This document shows positions 10,201 through 18,001 of a stretch of DNA of 64,000 nucleotides, piece by piece. The position numbers and the translations under genes were made by a program. The stretch is from Clostridia bacterium (lineage in GTDB: Bacteria > Bacillota > Clostridia > Oscillospirales > CAG-272): positions 3,858 through 67,857 of the forward strand of contig JAGASP010000068.1 of NCBI GenBank assembly GCA_017621695.1. Reading direction: 5' to 3'. The notes under the pieces are model-generated. The model did not search any database and had not been told where the DNA came from. It saw nothing but the letters and a program-made list of their open reading frames with translations. Each line of letters starts with the position of its first letter. The first letter of the stretch is position 1.

Positions 10201-11770
10201 GATGTGGGCAGAGGATGCCGACATGATCGCTACCGAGGCTGGACTGGCATACTACAACAACTGGAACGGCGGTCACGTCCACTCCGCACACGCAGTCGAC
10301 GATCTCGACGCTACCTGCGATACCGCCGGCTACACCGGCCGCACCTTCTGCGACGTTTGTAATTCCGTTGTGGATTGGGGTACCACCATCCCCGCAACCG
10401 GACACACTTACAGCCTGGTTGACGGAGAGTTCAAGTGCGTGGATTGCGATGCTGACCTGGGCAACTACACCGGTATGGTGTACGATGACATCGCAGAGGT
10501 GTATCGCTATCTCATGTTTGGTCAGGTCAGCGCCGGCTGGTTCATGGTTAACAACGAGTGGGTCTATATCATACCCGAGACCTTCGCAGCTGCTCAGGGT
10601 AGCGTGACTACCACTGACGGCATTACTTTCGACTTTGTTGACGGTAAGGTCCAGGGTCACGTCTGGGAGGACTGGTACGTTTACAAGAGATGCTGGTACG
10701 GCCCCGACTATTATAAGAATACCTCCAAGAACGTTAAGTACCTTATGGTTGAGCTCGACGGCGAGATTTACTTCTTCAACAGTGCGGGTTGCATGCAGAA
10801 GGGTCTGGTTGTTTCCCACGAGTCCAACAAGTTCGACTTCTTCTGCTACGATTGCGGTACCGACGGTAAGGGTGTTCCTTACACCGGCGTTGCCGAGGAT
10901 ATGTACTTTGAGAATGGTCTCCAGCAGATGGGTCTCCGTCTAGTCAAGGTAGAGGAGAATCACTACTTTATCACCGCCTCTAATCGTTTAGCATCTAACT
11001 GCACGGTTGAGCTTGGGTCCGAACTGACCGGTTTGGTATTTGCAGACGGTAATGTCTACTTCGTCGAAAACGGCGTCGCAGTTGCAAAGGGTCTGGTACA
11101 GGATGCGGAAGGTAACTTCTACTTCATCAACAGCACCAAGAAGGCTGTTGAGAACACCTGGTATGCCTTTAGTGCTTCCGGCACCAACGGTCTGAATGTC
11201 AAGCCTGGCAGATACTACTTCGATGCCAATGGTAAGATGGTCGATCCTATTATTGAGGAAGAACCCGAGATCCCCGTAGTCAAGGAGGGCTTGGTCTTCG
11301 AGGAAAACGGCGACATCCAGTTCTATGAGAACGGTGTGGCAGTTGCCAAGGGTCTGGTACAGGATGCCGAGGGTAACTACTATTTCATCAACAGCACCAA
11401 GAAGGCAGTGAAGAACACCTGGTACGCATTCGCTGTTTCCGGTACCAATGGTCTGGATGTCAAGCCTGGCAGATACTTCTTCGAGGCTGACGGTAAGATG
11501 GTCATTCCCGAACCCGAGGAGCCTGAGACTCCCGTAGTCAAGGAGGGCTTGGTCTTCGAGAAAAACGGCGACATCCGGTTCTATGAGAACGGTGTGGCAG
11601 TTGCCAAGGGTCTGGTACAGGATGCCGAGGGTAACTACTATTTCATCAACAGCACCAAGAAGGCAGTGAAGAACACCTGGTACGCATTCGCTGTTTCTGG
11701 TACCAATGGTCTGGATGTCAAGCCTGGCAGATACTTCTTCGAGGCTGATGGTAAAATGGTTCTTAACTGA
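7283..11770 (+). CDS. Secreted multidomain wall-associated protein with phosphodiester glycosidase (NAGPA / 'uncovering enzyme'-like) domain and C-terminal cell-wall-binding repeats
   Basis: AAGGAG RBS and signal peptide MKNTKFIKVMALVLSVVMLLGMIPVGAFA. The NAGPA (PF09992/COG4632-like) pattern is VAGVNASFYN ... RTCVGVTADGKVVVMSLDGRQ ... AINLDGGGSTTF. A long Ig/CBM-like middle region follows. There is a Cys-rich segment (CDTAGYTGRTFCDVCNS ... KCVDCDA). The C-terminus carries YYF/DGKM-type wall-binding repeats. The gene is clearly GC-richer than its neighbours. Confidence 0.85.
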   Translation: MKNTKFIKVMALVLSVVMLLGMIPVGAFAAETEFVSETHDVFSSTTSTIAPGVTQSINYAYSKDGKQMVYYVATADVTRDDVVVQTSYKEQYVNSNFGMEKLTNQIAFADKLYTDPTSDRFISENYKVVAGVNASFYNMTTGQPSGVTYLDGIRIGESASYNQIFAVKKDGSVYIEYTKNLEDADYDEIWQAVAGSQMLVYEGRDVTKNINGSYNTDRHSRTCVGVTADGKVVVMSLDGRQEPFSCGGTMHELAQIMLEQGCVTAINLDGGGSTTFAARQEGENDVTIVNRPSDGSERSISAGLIIASLAAPSDKFDRAVLTAENTYVTPGSTVKVTAAGVSPAGTAAPIPEDVDWQLADSKYGTVENGVFVSNGTVGAVEIQMTYGGAVVGSTIVNVVIPDTLKFNNSSVTVPYGKTVKIGLTATFGLNEVALKDSDIAFTLSNTAIGSFDGLSFTAGAEGIAASTSEVTAAFTFASEITATATLKLGKGSQVIFDFENGTTGGLVFSEPAGTQYNYVWPESNQWVVTAEEGKVHSGNYAMKAWVNYSNSLESGYQKTSLVGPTVPMIFENATRVGMWIYVPEEAVGVWARWTIQGATEKDANGDYKWSGVTGQDMDDTAGGTGVISTFQESGWHYLSIDTSAYTAIRLHSGAIMQFYISDRDGSAYGYDASDYSNITGNFTFYIDDITIDYSEAVDDRDAPKFSSVVYADEFTNDAPELNGQTTKSNVLSFTATVADKVAANATGLNPASAKAYIDGVAVDFTYSDGKIAITDVKLADGKHTVKFTICDNMGNYSSVIREIIVNAGSDIATVKMVPHDATLDRILHGSIYYIDLVATDIDTAKSVAFSIDLDSLSTWQLDHMDLAEGFTATYSIDADDNIATVVITRTGAVVAEGEAVLASIPVRVWQLKTGYTYPNGTQAGKPAFTSKQFRDKKEFWRISLIADVEFGQLTNLDDTTTSFTSNGIFVDTEMWAEDADMIATEAGLAYYNNWNGGHVHSAHAVDDLDATCDTAGYTGRTFCDVCNSVVDWGTTIPATGHTYSLVDGEFKCVDCDADLGNYTGMVYDDIAEVYRYLMFGQVSAGWFMVNNEWVYIIPETFAAAQGSVTTTDGITFDFVDGKVQGHVWEDWYVYKRCWYGPDYYKNTSKNVKYLMVELDGEIYFFNSAGCMQKGLVVSHESNKFDFFCYDCGTDGKGVPYTGVAEDMYFENGLQQMGLRLVKVEENHYFITASNRLASNCTVELGSELTGLVFADGNVYFVENGVAVAKGLVQDAEGNFYFINSTKKAVENTWYAFSASGTNGLNVKPGRYYFDANGKMVDPIIEEEPEIPVVKEGLVFEENGDIQFYENGVAVAKGLVQDAEGNYYFINSTKKAVKNTWYAFAVSGTNGLDVKPGRYFFEADGKMVIPEPEEPETPVVKEGLVFEKNGDIRFYENGVAVAKGLVQDAEGNYYFINSTKKAVKNTWYAFAVSGTNGLDVKPGRYFFEADGKMVLN
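11020..11767 (+). repeat. Three in-frame tandem repeat units (periods 261 and 258 bp) at the 3' end of the NAGPA-domain gene
   Basis: Units start at about 11020, 11281 and 11539. Each encodes VKEGLVFE.NGD..FYENGVAVAKGLVQDAEGNYYFINSTKKAV.NTWYAF.VSGTNGLDVKPGRYFFEADGKMV. Units 2 and 3 differ at only about 6 positions over about 225 bp. Unit 1 is clearly more diverged. Confidence 0.9.
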
Positions 11771-11933
11771 CCGATGAAGTGATTTCATAATCACTTCTGA
11801 CCGATAGGGCGCAGGGTGCTTCAGCACCTTGTGCCCGAATAAGAAATCTGTTCTGGGGGACTTTCCCATGGAAATAGGCTCAATATTTGGTTTGTTTGTC
11901 ATTGATACATTCGGGTTTTTATAGGAGGGGAGA

Positions 11934-12920
11934 ATGAAAATTGATTTTGTTGTGCTTTGGGTGGATGGTGCTGATTCTGAATGGAGAAAGCAGAAGAGTT
12001 TCTACACCGGAGTTCCATATGTCGAAAATGACATACGCTACCGCGACTGGGAAATTTTTCACTATTGGTTCCGTGCTGTAGAGCAATATGCTCCTTGGGT
12101 CAACAGAGTCTTTTTGATAACCTGTGGTCAAATCCCCCAATGGTTGAACACCCAACATCTTAAGTTGAAGTTGGTTTTTCACAGGGATTATATGCCGGAA
12201 GAATATTTGCCGACATTTAGCTCACATCCCATAGAATTGAATTTGCATAGAATTTCTGACCTTTCAGAACATTTCGTGTATTTTAACGACGATATGTTTC
12301 TGAATGCTCCTGTCCAAGCGGAGGACTTCTTTCGCGACGGGTTGCCCCGTCTGAGCGCTGTGCAATCCTTATTCGTCCCGATGGACCTTGGCAACTCGTT
12401 TCCTCATATCATGTGCAACAGCACTGCTTTTTTAAATACTCATTTCAAAAAAAAGGAAGTTATCAAAAAAAATCCAGAGAAGTGGTTTACTCTAAAATAT
12501 GGGAAAGGTCTTTTGAAGAATATATACTTTTCCATTGGACAGCACGGCTTTTCTGTTTTGCAGAACTATCATATGCCGTCTCCAATGTTGAAATCTACCT
12601 TTGAAAAGGTTTGGGAAATGGAGCCCGGAATTCTCCATGAAACATCTCTTCGCAAACTGAGAAGCGAAAAGGACGTGAACCAGTATATCATGAATTATTA
12701 CGATATAGGAACTGGAGGCTTTGTCCCTCGAGATCCACGGGAAGGAATGCTCTATGAGGCGGGACATAATAGCGAAGCGTTGTATCGTGATTTGCTTGAA
12801 GAAAAACATAAAATGATTTGTATCAACGATACAACATGTCATGATTTTGAGGGAGAAAAGCGAAAACTGATATCTGTTTTTGAAAAGAAATTCCCTCAAA
12901 AATGTTCTTTTGAAAAATAA
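11934..12920 (+). CDS. Stealth-family protein (capsular hexose-1-phosphoryl transferase type)
   Basis: 328 aa with a GGAGG RBS. MKIDFVVLWVDGADSEWRKQK is CR1-like. RAVEQYAPWVNRVFLITCGQIPQWLN ... LPTFSSHPIELNLHRISDLSEHFVYFNDDMFL is CR2-like, as in SacB/XcbA and GNPTAB. Confidence 0.8.
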   Translation: MKIDFVVLWVDGADSEWRKQKSFYTGVPYVENDIRYRDWEIFHYWFRAVEQYAPWVNRVFLITCGQIPQWLNTQHLKLKLVFHRDYMPEEYLPTFSSHPIELNLHRISDLSEHFVYFNDDMFLNAPVQAEDFFRDGLPRLSAVQSLFVPMDLGNSFPHIMCNSTAFLNTHFKKKEVIKKNPEKWFTLKYGKGLLKNIYFSIGQHGFSVLQNYHMPSPMLKSTFEKVWEMEPGILHETSLRKLRSEKDVNQYIMNYYDIGTGGFVPRDPREGMLYEAGHNSEALYRDLLEEKHKMICINDTTCHDFEGEKRKLISVFEKKFPQKCSFEK

Positions 12921-12984
12921 GAAATCTACGTCGAATCATTCGATTGAACATAAATACTCAATTACGCTATAAAGGAGGATATAC

Positions 12985-14112
12985 ATGAATATTGTATTCG
13001 CATCTAATTATTACAATCATCATCAGTCCTCTATATCGCAGGAACTGAACAGACTAACAAACGGTGAGTTTTCCTTCATTACCACTATGTCGGTGCCGGC
13101 ACAGAGGCGGGCATTGGGTTATACTGAGATGACCGAATCCTTTGTTTATCATTGCGAAAATCAAGAAGAGACTTTCACGAAGGCCGTACAGTTGGTGGAT
13201 GACGCAGATGTCGTGATAGTGGGAGGCACGTTGGAGCAATTACTGAAAAACCGAAAAAAAGCAGGGAAATTGATTTTTCGATGTTCCGAGCGACTTCTGA
13301 AGAACGGCTTCGAACCGCTGAAGTATCCGTGGCGCTTCTATAAATGGCATAAGAATATGCCATCCAAGGCAAACGTCTATATGCTCTGTGCCAGCGCCTA
13401 TACCGCGTCGGATTATGCGGCCTTCGGTATGTATCGAAAAAAAACCTACAAGTGGGGTTATTTCCCCGAGACCAAGTACTATGAGAATTCCAAGGGACTC
13501 ATTGATCAAAAGGATACTACCCAAATCCTGTGGTGTGGCCGGTTTCTGGATTGGAAGCATCCCGATGATGTGTTGACGGTAGCGAAACGCTTGAAGGACC
13601 AAAATTACAACTTTCATATCAATATCATTGGCGCCGGTGAAATGGAAAATACGCTAAAACAATTTGTTCTAGAGAACGACTTGTCAGAACAGGTATCGCT
13701 TTTAGGTTCCATGTCCCCCGAAAAGGTTCGCGAGCACATGGAGAAGTCGGGAATCTTCTTGTTCACCTCGGACAGAAAAGAGGGATGGGGGGCTGTTTTG
13801 AATGAGGCCATGAATAGCGCTTGCGCCGTTATTGCCAGTACGGAAGCGGGTTCCACGCCATACCTGATCCGCCAAGGAGAGAACGGTCTGACTTATTCGT
13901 CATGCAAAGTTGATGAATTGCTTGAAAATGTAAAATACTTATTGAAGCATCCTGAGGAGCAAGCTCGGCTGGGGCAGGCTGCCTATGAAACGATCACGAC
14001 AGAGTGGAATGCGGACATTGCGGCTGAAAGGCTGGTTGCCTTGGCTACTCGAATATTGAATGGCGAAAAATATCCGGATCTTTATTCGGAAGGTCCTTGT
14101 AGCAGAGCATGA
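12985..14112 (+). CDS. Glycosyltransferase, GT-B fold (family 4/1)
   Basis: 375 aa with an AAGGAGG RBS. C-terminal motif is SDRKEGWGAVLNEAMNSACAVIAS. Confidence 0.8.
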   Translation: MNIVFASNYYNHHQSSISQELNRLTNGEFSFITTMSVPAQRRALGYTEMTESFVYHCENQEETFTKAVQLVDDADVVIVGGTLEQLLKNRKKAGKLIFRCSERLLKNGFEPLKYPWRFYKWHKNMPSKANVYMLCASAYTASDYAAFGMYRKKTYKWGYFPETKYYENSKGLIDQKDTTQILWCGRFLDWKHPDDVLTVAKRLKDQNYNFHINIIGAGEMENTLKQFVLENDLSEQVSLLGSMSPEKVREHMEKSGIFLFTSDRKEGWGAVLNEAMNSACAVIASTEAGSTPYLIRQGENGLTYSSCKVDELLENVKYLLKHPEEQARLGQAAYETITTEWNADIAAERLVALATRILNGEKYPDLYSEGPCSRA

Positions 14113-14179
14113 TTCTAAGAATAATTTTGTTGATCCTTCTGTGTGGGCGTGAGCATTGAATCATTCGGAGGATATGGTT

Positions 14180-15235
14180 ATGAAGAAAATAAAAATTGTA
14201 ACTTATTGTTCATGGACAAGTATTGGATCAGTTCTTCAATCTTTGGGACTAAAAAAAACATTAGCCGTAATTGGATACCAAAGCTCAATTTGGTTAAATA
14301 GAGAGGATAATGCTTTTGCCAAAACCAGAGTTCATTCGGTCAAGAGCTTTTTTAAACGATCTTTTGAGGTCGTGACCCATCAGCAAAGACAAAAAACTTA
14401 TCAAAAACGCATGGATTTTATATCCCGAAATATTGACCTCGAATATTACTCGACTTACAGTGAGCTTGAGTATATGGCGGCTCAAAATGAGACTGATGTT
14501 ATCCTAGCAGGAAGCGATCAAATATGGCATCCCGATCATTGCAATCCCGTATTTTTTCTCGATTTTGCCTCCAATAAAAAGCGTGTTTCCTATGCTGCCA
14601 GCATGGGGAAGACCGAGATCCATCCCGATAAGCGGGCTTTGTTCGGACAATTGGTCAACAATTTCGATTCTATTTCGGTCAGAGAAGAAGCCTGCGTTTC
14701 GGCCATTCGGGACTTTACCGACAAGGATATATCCGTCCACATTGATCCTACATTCCTTGTAGCTGCTGATGAATGGCGAAAATACGAGGTGGCGTACATG
14801 ATCCGTCGGCCGTATATCTTGCTTTACATGCTTTATTGGAATAAAGCATGTAAAGACAAGATCAAGGCGCTGAAAAGGAAGACGGGATTGCCCGTGTATG
14901 CGATATCGAACGGTTTGTCGGGCGTATATGCGGATACGGTGTTGTATGATGTGGGTGTGGAAGAGTTTCTGTGGCTCGTCGATCACGCCGAATACGTGGT
15001 CACATCATCCTTTCACGGGGTAGCTTTTTCGGCGATCTTTAATAAGAAATTTGCTCCGATCATCAATCCGTCTGTGCCTTCTCGCATCGAAAACCTCCTT
15101 CGCACGCTTTCACTTCCTGTGGTAGATATTGAGGATCTGGCCGCCGCTGATGTTTGGAATTATGCAACCGTAAACGACTTGATCGCGCGCGAAAAGGAAA
15201 GAAGTATGGAATATTTGAAAAAGGTGTTGGAGTAA
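14180..15235 (+). CDS. Polysaccharide pyruvyl transferase family protein
   Basis: The ORF track starts at TTG 14156. GGAGG at 14167-14171 favours ATG 14180 (MKKIKIVTY...). GSDQIWHP and SSFHGVAFS motifs match PF04230 (CsaB/WcaK/EpsO-type) enzymes. Confidence 0.8.
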   Translation: MKKIKIVTYCSWTSIGSVLQSLGLKKTLAVIGYQSSIWLNREDNAFAKTRVHSVKSFFKRSFEVVTHQQRQKTYQKRMDFISRNIDLEYYSTYSELEYMAAQNETDVILAGSDQIWHPDHCNPVFFLDFASNKKRVSYAASMGKTEIHPDKRALFGQLVNNFDSISVREEACVSAIRDFTDKDISVHIDPTFLVAADEWRKYEVAYMIRRPYILLYMLYWNKACKDKIKALKRKTGLPVYAISNGLSGVYADTVLYDVGVEEFLWLVDHAEYVVTSSFHGVAFSAIFNKKFAPIINPSVPSRIENLLRTLSLPVVDIEDLAAADVWNYATVNDLIAREKERSMEYLKKVLE

Positions 15236-16384
15236 ATGAATATATCCTCTTTTGAAAAATGCGCCAATTGTGGGGCTTGCTACAGTATCTGCCCAAAGGC
15301 GGCCATTTCCATCCATCGGAACGCCTTATTCTATGAACCAAAGATAGACACCGAGCTGTGTATTGATTGCGGTGCGTGTGTCAAGGTATGCCCAGTCAAT
15401 CAAGAGATTACCGGGGTGTCGCCCATATCTGCTTGCGCTGGCTGGCACAAGGAAGAAGACGTGGTGCTGAACAGTTCCAGTGGCGGTGCGTTTTACAGCC
15501 TTTCCAAAGAGATATTGGCGCAGGGTGGTATTGTATTCGGTGCGGCGTACGCAGAAGACTGTAAGACGGTAGAGTTTGTTTCTACGGATGACGTCTCTCT
15601 AAAAATGTTGCAGAAAAGTAAATATGTTGAGAGCTTGGTAGGAACAGCATTTCAAAGGGTTAAAGCTGAGCTTGAAAAGGGAAGAATCGTTCTTTTTTGC
15701 GGCACCCCCTGTCAAGTGGCAGGGCTTAAACTCTTTTTGAGAAAAGATTATGAGATGCTTTTGACCTGTGATTTTGCTTGCGGAGGCTTGCCGTCACATA
15801 AGATTTATCAGAATTACTTGCGTGAGCTGGAGTTGAAATATCATGCTTCGGTAAAAAGCATCGATTTTCGTCCGAAAACATATGGGTGGAAACAGCATGC
15901 TATGTGGGCAACCTTTGAAAACGGGAAAGTGTATGACCGCCTTGGTGCAGAGGATCCCTATTTAAAGAGCTTCCTTTTCGGAAAGCTTACGGTTCGTGAT
16001 TATTGTCTGGAGTGTAAGTTTTCAGATCGCCACTTGTCGGATATTACCATAGCCGATTTTTGGATGCATCATAAGCTGTCTGCACTTGAACATGAAGACG
16101 GAATTTCGCTGATTTTGTGCAACACCGAAAAGGGAGAGAAGGCCGTGAACGGTATCAAAGAGCAATTTGTTTTTGAAAATCTGGACGTAGCGAAGGTATC
16201 TTATAATCATAAAGAAACGAAAACGTCCGCGCAGGACAAGGCCAAACGCATCGATTTCTTGAAAATCTATGAGGAAAACGACCTGTCGACTGCCTGTAAA
16301 CGCTTTTTTCATAGCTCACTCAAAAATAAGATCAGAAACCGTATATCCATGATAATCCACCGACGATCAAGGGGTGGGAAATGA
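15236..16384 (+). CDS. FrhB/FpoF-like (coenzyme F420 hydrogenase/dehydrogenase beta-subunit family) flavoprotein with 2x[4Fe-4S] ferredoxin domain
   Basis: 382 aa. Ferredoxin motifs are CANCGACYSICP and CIDCGACVKVCP. These are followed by SSSGGAFYSL ... FCGTPCQVAGL, typical of the FrhB family. The ATG directly follows the upstream TAA. Confidence 0.75.
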   Translation: MNISSFEKCANCGACYSICPKAAISIHRNALFYEPKIDTELCIDCGACVKVCPVNQEITGVSPISACAGWHKEEDVVLNSSSGGAFYSLSKEILAQGGIVFGAAYAEDCKTVEFVSTDDVSLKMLQKSKYVESLVGTAFQRVKAELEKGRIVLFCGTPCQVAGLKLFLRKDYEMLLTCDFACGGLPSHKIYQNYLRELELKYHASVKSIDFRPKTYGWKQHAMWATFENGKVYDRLGAEDPYLKSFLFGKLTVRDYCLECKFSDRHLSDITIADFWMHHKLSALEHEDGISLILCNTEKGEKAVNGIKEQFVFENLDVAKVSYNHKETKTSAQDKAKRIDFLKIYEENDLSTACKRFFHSSLKNKIRNRISMIIHRRSRGGK

Positions 16385-17904
16385 ATCAGAAAAAAGTTGG
16401 TGTTTTAATTTCATATTTGAATCTTGCGATGGGCATGGTGTCCAACGTTTTTCTGGTGCCGTTATTGATCGCCTCCCTTGGTGATGTGGATTATAGCTTG
16501 TATAAGGTCATGCAATCCTTTGCGGGACCGCTGTCTATGTTCCATCTGGGCATTTCTACCATTGTCACGCGGAGCGTTGTGAAATGTGCTACGTGTGAAG
16601 ACTATATGGAGAAAGATAAGAAGAACACACTGGCGCTTTCATTATTGGCATCTGTGGTCATGTCTTTGTTCGTCATGTTGGCGGGAATCGGAATGTACTT
16701 TCTTCTTCCGTCTATGTACGGTAACACTTACACGGAGGCAGGTATCGCTGTCGGACAAAAGCTTTTCTTACTCTTTGTTGCTTCTACGGTGTTTCATATG
16801 CTGACGGATGCTTTCAGTGGATGTATCGTTGGGCATGAACACTTTGTGGTCAGTTCGATGCTGCCTTTGATGAAAACGGCATTGAAGATCATTCTTTATA
16901 TCGTGTTACTCAAGTGTGGTATGGGCGTCGTTTGGGTTGTTGTAGTGGACCTTATTCTGTCCGTTTCTACATTTTCGATTACCGCGTGGTATGCCATGTT
17001 CATTCTGCGTGAAAGACCGAGGCTTTATCGATTCGACAAGCGGCAAATGATGGAGATCCTCTCTTTCGGTGGGGCGATTCTTCTTCAAACCTTTGTGAAT
17101 CAGGTTAACAACAATGTGGATACCATGATCCTTGGTATGTATATTGAAGATAAAATGGTCATTACTATGTATTCATCTGCCTTGGCCATCTACGGGATCT
17201 ATAATTCCTTGATATCTGTTGTGACAAATTTCTTTTTGCCCAGAGCGACCAAATTGGTTGCCCAAAAGGCTTCGGGAAAAGAATTAACCGATTTCGTGAT
17301 TCATCCGGGTCGGTATCAAGCCATTGTCGCTGTTGCGTGTGTCTTTGGATTTGCCTTGTTTGGCCGGAATTTTATTTCGATCTGGATCGGCACGAAGTAC
17401 ATGGACGCTTATTGGATCATACTCATGCTGATGATCCCGGTTACGGTTCCTTTGGTGGAGAATGCCATGATCGCCGTGTTGGATGCAACACTTAAGAGGA
17501 TCTATCGCTCTGCGGTGCTTGTAGTCATGGCTGTTATCAATGTGATCGCTTCAGTGTTGATGGTGCAAGTGCTGGGTTTTTGGGGTGCTGCCATCGGAAC
17601 GGTTGCCTCATTGGTGATAGGGCACGGCCTTCTGATGAATATTTATTACGCAAAAGTATTTCACATTGAAATCGGCAGAATGTTTGGCGCTATCTTTAAA
17701 GGGATCCTATCGGCGGGATTGGCTACGACAATTTTTTGCTTGCCCCTTGCTTTGTTTTTGCCTGATACGTGGTTATGTTTTGCTGTGAAGTGTGCGCTTT
17801 TTTTGATCGTCTATATGATATTTTTGTGGCTTTGGGGATTCAATTCATCCGAAAGATCTATGCTCAAAAGCATTTTGGGCAAGCTGCTTAGGGCTAAGAC
17901 GTGA
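16381..17904 (+). CDS. Wzx-type polysaccharide flippase (MOP superfamily)
   Basis: 507 aa with about 14 hydrophobic helices. ATGA overlap with the upstream gene. It is the last gene of the glycan locus. Confidence 0.8.
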   Translation: MNQKKVGVLISYLNLAMGMVSNVFLVPLLIASLGDVDYSLYKVMQSFAGPLSMFHLGISTIVTRSVVKCATCEDYMEKDKKNTLALSLLASVVMSLFVMLAGIGMYFLLPSMYGNTYTEAGIAVGQKLFLLFVASTVFHMLTDAFSGCIVGHEHFVVSSMLPLMKTALKIILYIVLLKCGMGVVWVVVVDLILSVSTFSITAWYAMFILRERPRLYRFDKRQMMEILSFGGAILLQTFVNQVNNNVDTMILGMYIEDKMVITMYSSALAIYGIYNSLISVVTNFFLPRATKLVAQKASGKELTDFVIHPGRYQAIVAVACVFGFALFGRNFISIWIGTKYMDAYWIILMLMIPVTVPLVENAMIAVLDATLKRIYRSAVLVVMAVINVIASVLMVQVLGFWGAAIGTVASLVIGHGLLMNIYYAKVFHIEIGRMFGAIFKGILSAGLATTIFCLPLALFLPDTWLCFAVKCALFLIVYMIFLWLWGFNSSERSMLKSILGKLLRAKT

Positions 17905-18001
17905 TTTGAATAATACTATTGTGAAATTAAATCAATTACACAGTGCGGGGACTTTTGGGGAGTATAAGTCTGTACTGATACCGCACTTGCAGGAGGTTAT
18001 C

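Noticed and set aside
6230-10819. 1529-aa ORF on the minus strand (the longest ORF in the track)
   Set aside because: It lies exactly antisense to the 1495-aa NAGPA-domain gene. That gene has a signal peptide, an RBS, recognisable domains and repeats. The antisense translation is low-complexity (G/V/A/D-rich) with no motif or RBS. This is a typical stop-free shadow frame of a GC-rich gene with an RNY-type codon pattern.
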